Part shown: positions 49,677 to 58,507 of the stretch, in pieces
Numbering within the stretch: position 1 is the stretch's first letter
Layout of the letters: each line of letters begins with the position of its first letter
NCBI GenBank assembly: GCA_001825155.1
Contig: MHVH01000005.1
Span: 3,528-67,527 of the forward strand
Reading direction: 5' to 3'
Origin: Candidatus Zambryskibacteria bacterium RIFCSPHIGHO2_01_FULL_46_25
GTDB taxonomy: Bacteria > Patescibacteriota > Minisyncoccia > Phycocordibacterales > Zambryskibacteraceae
DNA length: 64,000 bases
Notes under the pieces: generated by a model
Databases searched by the model: none
What the model saw: only the letters and a program-made list of their open reading frames with translations
Told to the model about the DNA's origin: nothing
Translations under genes and position numbers: made by a program

Positions 49677-50051
49677 TTATCTAGGTTTGCAGTTAGATGC
49701 CAGGGTATAACCGGATGTCTCTGCTACCTCCGAGGAAACAAAGACGATTTTATTGGTTTCCGATATCTGTTTGGTGCCTGGACAGTGTAAATAATGGTAT
49801 TTCTTGCCATTTTTCGAAGCTACCACCTGGGTGGAATTTTCAATGGCATTCAGGACTGAGGCAGAATTGGAAATTTCCGGATTGTATTCAATTTGGATAC
49901 CTTCCCTCTCCCCTCCTCCGTATAGCAGACCCAGACCGAAGGAGAGCCCGGCGATAAGCAGTATAACCAGAGCCAAGAAGAACTTCTTGAACATAGGAAA
50001 ACGCTCTATGTGTCCCCTATTGTCAAACTCAACTTCTTCTGATAAACTCAT
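49677..50051 (-). CDS. Membrane-anchored protein with an Ada-type metal-binding-like C-terminal domain
   Basis: One TM segment, then VASKNGKKYH..C....I...N..F...A...GY....C. Confidence 0.7.
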   Translation of the reverse strand: MSLSEEVEFDNRGHIERFPMFKKFFLALVILLIAGLSFGLGLLYGGGEREGIQIEYNPEISNSASVLNAIENSTQVVASKNGKKYHYLHCPGTKQISETNKIVFVSSEVAETSGYTLASNCKPR

Positions 50052-50072
50052 TGGGCTTAATTATACCAGGCC

Positions 50073-50351
50073 ATGGCACATAAGAAATCAGCTGGCAAGA
50101 CAAAAAACGGCCGAGATTCCAATGCGAAATACTTGGGAATCAAGGTTACTCCGGGAGCAATGGCTCGCGTCGGCTCTGTTCTTGTGCGTCAGCGAGGCAC
50201 CGACGTGCTCCCAGGTCAGAATGTCTCCATGGGCAAGGACCATACCCTCTTCGCTTCAAAGGACGGCAAGGTATCTCTTACCTACAAACGCAAGATCCAT
50301 TTCGACAACACGATTATGAAGAAGAAGGTTATGAACGTTCTTCCCGCCTAA
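50073..50351 (+). CDS. rpmA: 50S ribosomal protein L27
   Basis: [21 protein letters not shown] and GKDHTLFA. Confidence 0.97.
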   Translation: MAHKKSAGKTKNGRDSNAKYLGIKVTPGAMARVGSVLVRQRGTDVLPGQNVSMGKDHTLFASKDGKVSLTYKRKIHFDNTIMKKKVMNVLPA

Positions 50352-50607
50352 GCTTCTCCAAAGCTTCTTCTTTCTCCCTCCTCTTCTCTTCTCTCTTGGC
50401 TTGTTTTTCCTGAATCCTTTTATCCTCGGCTTCCCTATACTTCTCTTCCTGTGCCTTGAGCTGTCTGACCGCCGCCAGTCCCGGGCCGTCCGCCACGACA
50501 GCAAGTTTGTTGGGTATAAGGAAATTTATGGCATAACCGTCGGAAACCTGACGCTCCTCAAACTTCCTTCCTGTTCCTTTAACGTCTTTTAGAAAAATGA
50601 CTTTCAT
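50329..50607 (-). CDS. rplI: 50S ribosomal protein L9, N-terminal domain and helix only
   Basis: [25 protein letters not shown]. It ends after a charged helix. Confidence 0.85.
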   Translation of the reverse strand: MKVIFLKDVKGTGRKFEERQVSDGYAINFLIPNKLAVVADGPGLAAVRQLKAQEEKYREAEDKRIQEKQAKREEKRREKEEALEKLRREERS

Positions 50608-50703
50608 GGGCATTAATGATAGCGCGTAACGGTTTTTCTAAATATTGACACCTAATAAAATTTGGCGTATTTTTGTGCCAGGAAGTTCAGATTGGAGGGT
50701 GTG

Positions 50704-51123
50704 ATGCAGCAGCGCGTAGGTCTTTTTTTTGTGCCGGGACCGTCGATTACGGTTGATATGTTTTATGTCAACCTTAAGGAGTGGATCAAGGAGTTCAAGG
50801 TTTCGCTCATGGTTGTCGTCACTTACGACCGCGTTTACGACCGCGTTGGTCTCGCTTTTGCCTGGGACTTTTCCCAGGGTGTGGGGCTTTCAGAGTTGCT
50901 TGACCAGATGAAAGCTCACATGGAGCGAACCTTCGAGACTAGAGGAGAGGTGTTTGTTGCCGAAACCGAATCGGCAGAATTCAGCCCTCTGATGGAAGCA
51001 TTCATCGATCTCAAGAATGCTTACAAAGCCCAAGCCGAAGCTCTGCTCAATGAACGTGAACAAACGAAGCGATATCGGGAGGAACTGGCAATTCTTCAAG
51101 GAGCGGTCAAGAATCTTCGCTGA
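50704..51123 (+). CDS. Orphan protein with a C-terminal coiled coil
   Basis: GGAGG site, TTGACA upstream and a hairpin at about 51127-51154. Confidence 0.6.
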   Translation: MQQRVGLFFVPGPSITVDMFYVNLKEWIKEFKVSLMVVVTYDRVYDRVGLAFAWDFSQGVGLSELLDQMKAHMERTFETRGEVFVAETESAEFSPLMEAFIDLKNAYKAQAEALLNEREQTKRYREELAILQGAVKNLR

Positions 51124-51205
51124 TCCGCGGCAGCCCCTACTCTGGGGCTGCCGTCTCGTTTTGACAACTTTCGCAGATTGCGCCATATTATTGAGCGGAG
51201 GCTGT

Positions 51206-51595
51206 ATGAGATTAGCGGTACTTTACGAAGGTCCGAAAGACGAGGTTCTGAGAGTTCATGCTGACGAACTCAACGAATCGTGCGGAAGGGAGTACTCCCG
51301 AGAGATAGCGGAAGATGGGAGTTCGATCCTAGTCCTGCCAAAGGACTACACCAGGTATGGCGACGGGCTGAAGGAGCTGGAAGAGCTGTGGCAGCTCTCT
51401 TGGAAGGTCACACGGGCTCCTTTCGTGCCGTACGTGAAGCTCCCTGGCGCCGAGTATTTCGTGGCGCTGGCATACGCCGTTGTGGAGCTCGAGAAGCAGA
51501 GCTGGCTCAGACTAGCCTTCGTGCTCGGCGAGCCTGGCTTCGACGACCTGTCCTCTCATCCGATGTCCGGCAGTCTCGGCGTCGAACGGGATTAG
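51206..51595 (+). CDS. Orphan hypothetical protein
   Basis: GGAGG site, a TTGACA..CATATT promoter and a perfect hairpin at 51610-51637. Confidence 0.6.
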   Translation: MRLAVLYEGPKDEVLRVHADELNESCGREYSREIAEDGSSILVLPKDYTRYGDGLKELEELWQLSWKVTRAPFVPYVKLPGAEYFVALAYAVVELEKQSWLRLAFVLGEPGFDDLSSHPMSGSLGVERD

Positions 51596-51647
51596 TGCGA
51601 CACAACAAGCCCGGCGGCAGGAATTCCTGCCGCCGGGTTCTTCGTTT

Positions 51648-52871
51648 TTATTTATTCAAAATCTCAAGCGCTTTGTTCATCTGCGGATCGCGGCCGGCCT
51701 GGAAGTCCGCTGGAGTGCGGATGATTTGATAATCCGGTTCTATCCCCCTCTCCGATATTGAAAGGCCGTTTGGCGTAAGCCATCTTGCCACCGTGACCTT
51801 GAGCGAGGTCTCTGAAGTGATGTCCACGAGTTCTTGCACCGACCCCTTGCCGAAAGTTGTTTCCCCGACGAGTATGGCCCGTCCATGTTCGGCCAAGGCG
51901 CCAGCCAAAATTTCCGAAGCGGAGGCGGAACCCTTGTCTATAAGAATTACGAAATCAAGTTTCCTGTTAGCGAAGATATCATATCCCCTGCTTCTATATG
52001 CCCGCTCCTCCCTTCTGTCGCCGAAGTCCTCCCGCACGATTACCTTGCTTGCCGGCAGAAACCGACTTGCCATGTCTATGGCCGCTTCAAGATAACCGCC
52101 CGGATTGCCACGCAAGTCGAGAATGAGTTTGTCCGAGCCGGAGAGGATAAATTCGCGCAAGGCTCCGCGGAAAAGATTTGGCGATTGTTCCGAGAAGCTG
52201 TATAACTCGATAACGAAGATTCCTCCCGGAAGCGTTTTGGTATTGATAACCGGTATATTGATGACATCGCGAATAATTTTTACTTCGAAAGGCTCTTTCG
52301 TTCCGTTTCTAAAGACCGTAAGCGCCACGGTTGTGCCTCGGGGTCCGCGAATGAGCTGGACGGCATCTTCCGTAGTAAGGCCGTTCGTGTCTTTGTCACC
52401 AATTTTTATAATTCTGTCTCCCGCCAGCATACCGGCGCCGGAAGCTGGACTGCCCTTCAGAGGTGCTATCACCGTAATCGCTCCCTCTTGAGCCAAGACT
52501 TCCATACCCACTCCTTCGAAGTTGCCACGGATATCAGAGGCGAAGAGCTCTGACTCCACCGGCGGGAAGAAGACGGTATACGGGTCGCCGAGTGATGCTG
52601 CCAAGCCCTCGATAGCCCCATAGAGCTTATCTTCGTCCCCCACTGTTGCCACGGTGGTGCTTGCGGGCACGTACTTCTCATTGATGATATTCCACGTTTT
52701 CCAGAAAGGGCTGAAGTCGATGTTATCGACTTCAGCAGATTCGGCATTCTCGACGCTTGAAACGGCGCCGGAAATCCGGTTTTCACCGGAGCGGAATCCC
52801 ATGCTGTAGAAAACGAAAGCGATAATCACTCCGAGTCCGATGATAGCCCCGTGTCTTTTTAAGAATTCCAT
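51648..52871 (-). CDS. Carboxyl-terminal processing protease (S41, PDZ)
   Basis: DPYT, LDLRGNPGG, SASASEI, TFGKGSVQ and GIEPD. Confidence 0.93.
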   Translation of the reverse strand: MEFLKRHGAIIGLGVIIAFVFYSMGFRSGENRISGAVSSVENAESAEVDNIDFSPFWKTWNIINEKYVPASTTVATVGDEDKLYGAIEGLAASLGDPYTVFFPPVESELFASDIRGNFEGVGMEVLAQEGAITVIAPLKGSPASGAGMLAGDRIIKIGDKDTNGLTTEDAVQLIRGPRGTTVALTVFRNGTKEPFEVKIIRDVINIPVINTKTLPGGIFVIELYSFSEQSPNLFRGALREFILSGSDKLILDLRGNPGGYLEAAIDMASRFLPASKVIVREDFGDRREERAYRSRGYDIFANRKLDFVILIDKGSASASEILAGALAEHGRAILVGETTFGKGSVQELVDITSETSLKVTVARWLTPNGLSISERGIEPDYQIIRTPADFQAGRDPQMNKALEILNK

Positions 52872-52899
52872 TCGAAGTATTTTAACATATAATGGTGAT

Positions 52900-54261
52900 A
52901 TGACACTCAAGCTTCACAATACTTTGACGGGCAAGGAGGAGGAATTCCACCCGATAGAGAAAAGCAAGACAAAGATGTTTGTCTGTGGGCCTACCGTTTA
53001 CGACTATTCCCATCTGGGCCACGGCAAGACCTATACCCAGTTTGACGTAATCGCCCGGGCACTAAGGTATCTGGGCCATGAATTGACTTACGTCGTGAAT
53101 ATTACCGATATAGACGACAAGATAATAAAACGCGCCACCGAACGAGGGGTGGATCCGGCCGCACTTGCGCAGGAATACGAAAAGGCCTATGTCGAAGATA
53201 TGCGGGCTCTTAATGTAGTGAATATAGATAAATACGCTCGCGCCCATGATTATGTGCCGGAAATAGTAAGTCAGGTAAAGCGTTTGATTGAGAATGGTTT
53301 GGCGTACAAAATCTCCGACGGTTATTACTTCGACGTAAAGAAATTCGATGATTACGGGAAGCTGTCCAGGAGAAATATTTTGAAACCCAATGACGCGGTT
53401 TCGCGCATAGACGAGAATCCGGAGAAGAGAAATCCGGGCGATTTTTGCTTGTGGAAATTACGCAAGAAAGGCGAACCATTCTGGTCATCGGAGTTGGGCG
53501 AGGGCCGTCCAGGCTGGCACATAGAGGACACCGCCATTACCGAGAAAGAGTTCGGAGCGCAATACGATATTCACGGCGGCGCCGTGGATCTCATTTTCCC
53601 GCACCATGAAGCGGAAATCGCCCAGATGGAATCAATCTCGGGCAAGAAGCCCTTGGTTCGTTATTGGCTCCATACGGGTTTTTTAAACATCAGTTCCGAA
53701 AAAATGTCTAAGAGTCTCGGCAACTTCCTCACCATCCGAGATGTATTGGCGAAGGGCGTTTCTCCCCTGGCTTTGCGCTATTACTTCCTCACCGCGCATT
53801 ACCGCACGCCCATGGATTTCTCGTGGGAAGCGCTCGAAGCGGCGCAGAACGCATACCGCAAACTCAAGGAGTTTGTTTCCACCCCCACCAGCCTCCCCCT
53901 TACCAAGGGGGAGGTGCCAGAGGCGGAGGGGGTGTATTTGGATGAATTTAAATCTGCGCTTGAAAACGATTTAAATACTCCAGAAGCGCTAGGGGTGGTG
54001 TGGAATCTTATCAAAGATGAATCAATCTTCCCCGCCAACAAGCGCGCGACGCTTCTTGAATTCGACAAAGTACTCGGCCTCGACCTGGAACACAATGAAT
54101 TTTTGAATGTGCCGCCGGAAGTCGTTGAGCTGGGTGAACAAAGACAGAAGGCAAAGGAGAATAAAAATTTTGCCGAAGCGGATAAGATAAGGCAAGAGAT
54201 CGAGAACAAGGGCTTCGAAATCCGCGACACCGAAGGCACGTTTATTATAATGAAGAAATAG
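52900..54261 (+). CDS. cysS: Cysteine--tRNA ligase
   Basis: CGPTVY..HLGH, GRPGWHIE, DLIFPHHE and KMSKSLGN. Confidence 0.97.
   Translation: MTLKLHNTLTGKEEEFHPIEKSKTKMFVCGPTVYDYSHLGHGKTYTQFDVIARALRYLGHELTYVVNITDIDDKIIKRATERGVDPAALAQEYEKAYVEDMRALNVVNIDKYARAHDYVPEIVSQVKRLIENGLAYKISDGYYFDVKKFDDYGKLSRRNILKPNDAVSRIDENPEKRNPGDFCLWKLRKKGEPFWSSELGEGRPGWHIEDTAITEKEFGAQYDIHGGAVDLIFPHHEAEIAQMESISGKKPLVRYWLHTGFLNISSEKMSKSLGNFLTIRDVLAKGVSPLALRYYFLTAHYRTPMDFSWEALEAAQNAYRKLKEFVSTPTSLPLTKGEVPEAEGVYLDEFKSALENDLNTPEALGVVWNLIKDESIFPANKRATLLEFDKVLGLDLEHNEFLNVPPEVVELGEQRQKAKENKNFAEADKIRQEIENKGFEIRDTEGTFIIMKK
53881..53933. repeat. DUF559-type palindromic element in frame inside cysS
   Basis: ACCCCCACCAG-CCTCCCCCTT-ACC-AAGGGGGAGG-TGCCAGAGGCGGAGGGGGT, which translates as TPTSLPLTKGEVPEAEG. 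Confidence 0.7.
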
Positions 54262-54300
54262 AAAAGGTTCGACGTTGACAACGTCGAACCTGCACGGCGG

Positions 54301-54558
54301 TTACTTGGTCGGGATAGGACAGGAGCAGTACTTCACTTTTTTGCTTGGCGCTCCCATCTTGATGCCGTGGCAGTGCGGACAGAATATCCGCTTGCACCTG
54401 TTGCACTCATGATCTTCAACTTCCCCGAGAATGCATGATGGACATGATCCCTCGCAGCCACAGCGATTGTTGGGATTTACCCCGTCCCACTCTCCGACGA
54501 CGACAGGGAATCTGTCTGTAGGATACTCGTATGTCAGCTCATCAATCTTAGGATTCAT
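54301..54558 (-). CDS. Small Cys-rich putative zinc-binding orphan
   Basis: CGC..SCPSC..CNRC..FCPHCH..CSC, with an AAGGAG site upstream. Confidence 0.65.
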   Translation of the reverse strand: MNPKIDELTYEYPTDRFPVVVGEWDGVNPNNRCGCEGSCPSCILGEVEDHECNRCKRIFCPHCHGIKMGAPSKKVKYCSCPIPTK

Positions 54559-54579
54559 TAGGAACTCCTTCCGCGGAAT

Positions 54580-54645
54580 ACTCTACAATAATATTTAAAC
54601 TTCCGCAACTACATAATAACAATACGACCGTCGGCTTATTATGTA
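54580..54645 (-). promoter_or_regulatory. 66-bp promoter + 36-bp dyad module, copy 1
   Basis: TTGCGG-17-TAGAGT on the minus strand, with dyad 54610-54645. It is a direct repeat of 55306-55371. Confidence 0.75.
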
Positions 54646-54734
54646 TACGATTTAAAAACGCTATAGCGTAGTTATTTCGTAATAAAACGAATCGCCGGAC
54701 GTCCCATCGGGACGTCCGGCGTGAAAAGAACAGA

Positions 54735-55235
54735 CTAGAGAAGTTGCTCCAGGCGGCTTGTCAATTCTCTCTCGACCTCGCAGAGCCCCCCGACTTCTTC
54801 ACGAATTTTCCTGGCGGCCATGTCGTCCATGACGTGAAAGTCGACGATTGTCCCAATCATCGTCGCCACGTTATGGACCTTCATCAACAAGTCCTCGACG
54901 TCTTCTGGTAGTTCGCCCGAAATCGGGAAGACCCCGAGGAAATCGAAGAGCTTGTTGACCATGCTGCGGTTGATCTTCGACACGATGCCGGTCATCGCCC
55001 GGTCAATATCCGTGTCCTGGTACGTTTCCAGGAGCTCGAGGGAAATCTCGATGTTTTCCCCGTCGAACTTGCGCTCGCCGGGCAGAACTCTCACGAAGTT
55101 CCTTCGTACTCCTGGACCGTTCGGGTCTGTTTCCTCCGGCCATTCCGTAATCTGGAGCTGATTCGGTATCTTCCCCAGTTCTTCCAACAGCCGGGCCAGC
55201 GCCTGAATCGGAACCCTTGTCTTGAAAAGAGCCAT
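54735..55235 (-). CDS. Orphan hypothetical protein
   Basis: AGGAGG site, GC-rich codons and a hairpin at 54693-54721. Confidence 0.7.
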   Translation of the reverse strand: MALFKTRVPIQALARLLEELGKIPNQLQITEWPEETDPNGPGVRRNFVRVLPGERKFDGENIEISLELLETYQDTDIDRAMTGIVSKINRSMVNKLFDFLGVFPISGELPEDVEDLLMKVHNVATMIGTIVDFHVMDDMAARKIREEVGGLCEVERELTSRLEQLL

Positions 55236-55305
55236 GCTGTCCTCCTGTAGGCAAAGCCTACCTGGAAACTTCGAGTGCGGAATTGCTCTCGAATGGACAA
55301 CCTAA

Positions 55306-55371
55306 ACTCTACAATAATATTTAAATATACGCAACTACATAATAAGCCGACGACCGTTTGCTTATTATGTA
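55306..55371 (-). promoter_or_regulatory. 66-bp promoter + 36-bp dyad module, copy 2
   Basis: TTGCGT-17-TAGAGT on the minus strand, with dyad 55336-55371. Confidence 0.75.
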
Positions 55372-55457
55372 GTTGTGGCTAGGGAGTTACAAAATAAAAG
55401 ACCGCGCCCCTCGATGTTACTCGGGGCGCGGCTGAGGACTTCTTTGGCTTTTTCGCT

Positions 55458-55700
55458 CTACCTCCGGCGGGGAGAGCTGGTCAGTTGACGAACGAGCTCG
55501 CCGAAGGTGAAAGTTCCTGGCGAGTTGACCACCACCTCTTTGTCGAAAGTGATGTGGCAGATTTGGGCGACGCCAATCGCTCTTGAGCTGCCGAAGACAT
55601 ACCCGTCTTCTGTCAGCGTTTCTCGTGGGATGTGGAGCCAGCGGCTGACGTAGCTGGCTATCTCTTCTCGAGACGGGGTTCTTGTTGCATAATCGCGCAT
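55458..55700 (-). CDS. Small orphan protein
   Basis: AGGAGG precedes the ATG at 55700, and a hairpin lies at about 55402-55431. Confidence 0.6.
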   Translation of the reverse strand: MRDYATRTPSREEIASYVSRWLHIPRETLTEDGYVFGSSRAIGVAQICHITFDKEVVVNSPGTFTFGELVRQLTSSPRRR

Positions 55701-55787
55701 CAATACCTCCTGTTTTGCACCATGCCTTTTCTTACAATACTGCATTTTTATAATAAGTCAAATATAAAAAGGAAAAGAGCGAGCGCG

Positions 55788-55925
55788 TTAGCGCTCGCTC
55801 CTCTGCCGGCTTCCCCTCGGGATCCGCTGGACGGGCGGGTTGTCGAGCCCGTCGAAGCGGCTCCCGCTTCCCGGCCAGGTTGGCGCGGGACGTTTGGGAG
55901 GGGCCGGCTTTCTGGTGGTCTTCAT
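55788..55925 (-). CDS. Putative 45-aa Pro/Arg-rich peptide
   Basis: GAGAGG site and TTGACA upstream. A terminator-like hairpin overlaps the stop. Confidence 0.4.
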   Translation of the reverse strand: MKTTRKPAPPKRPAPTWPGSGSRFDGLDNPPVQRIPRGSRQRSER

Positions 55926-56056
55926 ACATGCCTCTCTTTTTATATCATACACCCAAATACTTAATTTGTCAAGTGTTATCTTATTCACAACTTAAACACC
56001 GTTTTCTGCCCATTTCTAGATTGTTTCTATAAGACTCGAACTGATACGATGTGTTC

Positions 56057-57481
56057 ATGCAAATTGTCGGCACCTCCACCCTAAACAGCGCCGGGCTGCG
56101 CATCCCTCCCCACTCGGCTGAAGCCGAGATGGCTCTCTTGGGTTCTATCATGCTTCGTCCGGACGCCATTTACGAAATCTTGGACATCGTTACACCTACC
56201 TCATTTTATTTCGAGAAACATCGAACGATTTTCGAAGCGATGCTCGAACTTTTTGGCAAACACAGTCCGATAGATATTCTCTCTCTTTCCTCACGCTTGA
56301 AGGAGAAGGACCAGCTCGAGCGTCTTGGCGGCACGACTTATCTTACGGAACTTTCTAACACGGTTCCCTCATCCGCGAACGTCAAGCACTACGCCGAGAT
56401 TGTGATGAAGAAATATATGATGAGGCAACTTATAGAAGCCTCCGAGCATCTCTCGCATTTAGGCTTCAACGAAGCTGGTGATCTTGAGGAAATTCTGGAC
56501 GCGGCGGAGAAAAAAGTTTTTGACATCACCCAGCACTTCGCCGGTTCGGCGCGCTTCAAAGATCTCACTCCCCTTCTCACGGAAGCGTTCGAAAGATTTG
56601 AGAAGCTCTCAAGCGCTGAGCACGAGCTCCGCGGCGTGCCAACCGGGTTCAAATCACTTGACGACATTCTCGGCGGCTTCCAGAATTCCGACCTCATCAT
56701 CATTGCCGCCAGGCCCTCGGTCGGCAAGACAGCTCTCGCTCTCGATATCGCCAGGAGAACCGCAAGCGAGCATCAGACTCCCGTCGGCGTTTTCTCGCTC
56801 GAGATGAGCGCTGACCAGCTTGTTGACAGAATTGTCGCTGCCCAATCGAAGACCGACTCCTCTATCATCAGGAAAGGCATAAGGACACAGGCGGGCACTT
56901 GGCGCGAAGACGTGTTCAAGAATATTCGCGACGCCCTCGACGATCTTTCTCGTACTCCTATCTTCATAGACGACCAACCGGGCAATACCATTATGAAAAT
57001 GAGAAGTGCCGCGAGGAAGCTCAAGATTGAAAAGGGTCTCAAGCTCCTTGTCGTCGATTACCTCCAGCTCATGGTGCCATCTACCACCCGCACCAACGAC
57101 TCGATGGTCCAGCAAGTGACCGAGATCTCCCGCTCCCTAAAGCATCTAGCCCGCGAGCTCAACATTCCGGTCATCGCACTCTCGCAAATGTCGCGCGCCA
57201 TCGAGACCCGCGGTGGCAAGCCTAAGCTCTCCGACCTGCGCGACTCTGGCTCTCTCGAGCAGGACGCGGACGCGGTTATCTTCATCCACAGTAACGAAGA
57301 GGATTTGCGCGATGAGAGCGGCCACATGAAAGATGTGCAGAGGAAAGAGCTTATCATAGCCAAACACAGGAACGGTCCCTTAGGCTCGGTCATTCTAGAC
57401 TTTCACACTCGCTTCAACACCTTCGTCGAGATAGATTTCTCGAACTATGGCAAAGCGGAAGAAGATTTTAAGAGCTTCTAA
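56057..57481 (+). CDS. dnaB: Replicative DNA helicase
   Basis: PPHSAEAE, AARPSVGKT, VDYLQL and LSDLRDSGSLEQDAD. Confidence 0.97.
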   Translation: MQIVGTSTLNSAGLRIPPHSAEAEMALLGSIMLRPDAIYEILDIVTPTSFYFEKHRTIFEAMLELFGKHSPIDILSLSSRLKEKDQLERLGGTTYLTELSNTVPSSANVKHYAEIVMKKYMMRQLIEASEHLSHLGFNEAGDLEEILDAAEKKVFDITQHFAGSARFKDLTPLLTEAFERFEKLSSAEHELRGVPTGFKSLDDILGGFQNSDLIIIAARPSVGKTALALDIARRTASEHQTPVGVFSLEMSADQLVDRIVAAQSKTDSSIIRKGIRTQAGTWREDVFKNIRDALDDLSRTPIFIDDQPGNTIMKMRSAARKLKIEKGLKLLVVDYLQLMVPSTTRTNDSMVQQVTEISRSLKHLARELNIPVIALSQMSRAIETRGGKPKLSDLRDSGSLEQDADAVIFIHSNEEDLRDESGHMKDVQRKELIIAKHRNGPLGSVILDFHTRFNTFVEIDFSNYGKAEEDFKSF

Positions 57482-57484
57482 AAC

Positions 57485-58105
57485 ATGAATTCCATCGACA
57501 AACTTACGGAAATATTTTCGAAATTTCCGGGCATTGGGCCTAGGCAGGCGAAACGTTTTGTCTACTATATTCTCTCAAGGAATGGCAGTTTCTCGAGTGA
57601 GCTTGTCACGGCGGTTGAGAATTTGAAGAAAGAGATAACACAGTGTGCCGAATGCCAGAGGTTTTTCGTTTACCCCGAGCGGAGTCGGGGGGCGAAACTT
57701 TGTTCTATCTGTGCCGATGATACTCGCGACAGTTCAATGTTAATGCTCGTGCCACGCGATATTGACCTTGAAGCGGTGGAGAGAAGCGGAGGCTACAAGG
57801 GCTACTACTTTGTCCTTGGTGGAGTGGTGCCGATTCTTGAGAAAGAGCCGGAGAAAAAGATAAGAATAAATAAGTTACAAGAAACAATTTCCAAAAGAAA
57901 AAATTTGAAAGAAGTGATTCTTGCCATGAATGCCAATGCCGACGGCGAGCATACGGCCGATTACATAAAAGAGCAGTTATCCACAGCTTACCAAGGCAAG
58001 GCCTTGGCGTTTTCGATTCTTGGGCGCGGGCTATCGACTGGCATCGAACTTGAATACGCCGACCCGGAAACCCTCAAAAACGCCTTTTTGCATAGGACGA
58101 AATAA
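57485..58105 (+). CDS. recR: Recombination protein RecR
   Basis: PGIGPRQAKR, a C4 zinc finger and a TOPRIM region (YFVLGG, DGEHTA, ELEYAD). Confidence 0.95.
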   Translation: MNSIDKLTEIFSKFPGIGPRQAKRFVYYILSRNGSFSSELVTAVENLKKEITQCAECQRFFVYPERSRGAKLCSICADDTRDSSMLMLVPRDIDLEAVERSGGYKGYYFVLGGVVPILEKEPEKKIRINKLQETISKRKNLKEVILAMNANADGEHTADYIKEQLSTAYQGKALAFSILGRGLSTGIELEYADPETLKNAFLHRTK

Positions 58106-58501
58106 CTATTTTATCGAATCGATTACGACCTCGAAGTAAGGTTGACGGTGGCCGTATTTCTTGAAATAGCGGGACTTCTGCTTGTATTTGATAACATCGA
58201 CTGTCTTGTATCGGGCAATTTTATTTAAAGTGGCGGAGACGTAGGAACCTTTGATGAAAGGGTTGCCGAGAGTAACCTCAGATGCGCCGTTGTCGGTCAT
58301 GAGAACATTGTCGAAGGTGATGGAGTCACCCTCTTTGTACTCTCCAACTATCTTCTCAATCTTGACCCTATCCCCAACCCTCGCTCTGTACTGCTTGCCT
58401 CCGGTGGCGAAGACGGCAAATAACCCTGAGGTGCTAGGGGCTAGGGGCTTGGTTCTAGCTTTGGAGACGGGCTTTTTGGGAGCTTTTACAGCTTCTGTCA
58501 T
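58106..58501 (-). CDS. rplU: 50S ribosomal protein L21 with an N-terminal extension
   Basis: AVFATGGKQYR and GHRQPY. Confidence 0.95.
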   Translation of the reverse strand: MTEAVKAPKKPVSKARTKPLAPSTSGLFAVFATGGKQYRARVGDRVKIEKIVGEYKEGDSITFDNVLMTDNGASEVTLGNPFIKGSYVSATLNKIARYKTVDVIKYKQKSRYFKKYGHRQPYFEVVIDSIK

Positions 58502-58507
58502 AGCGCT

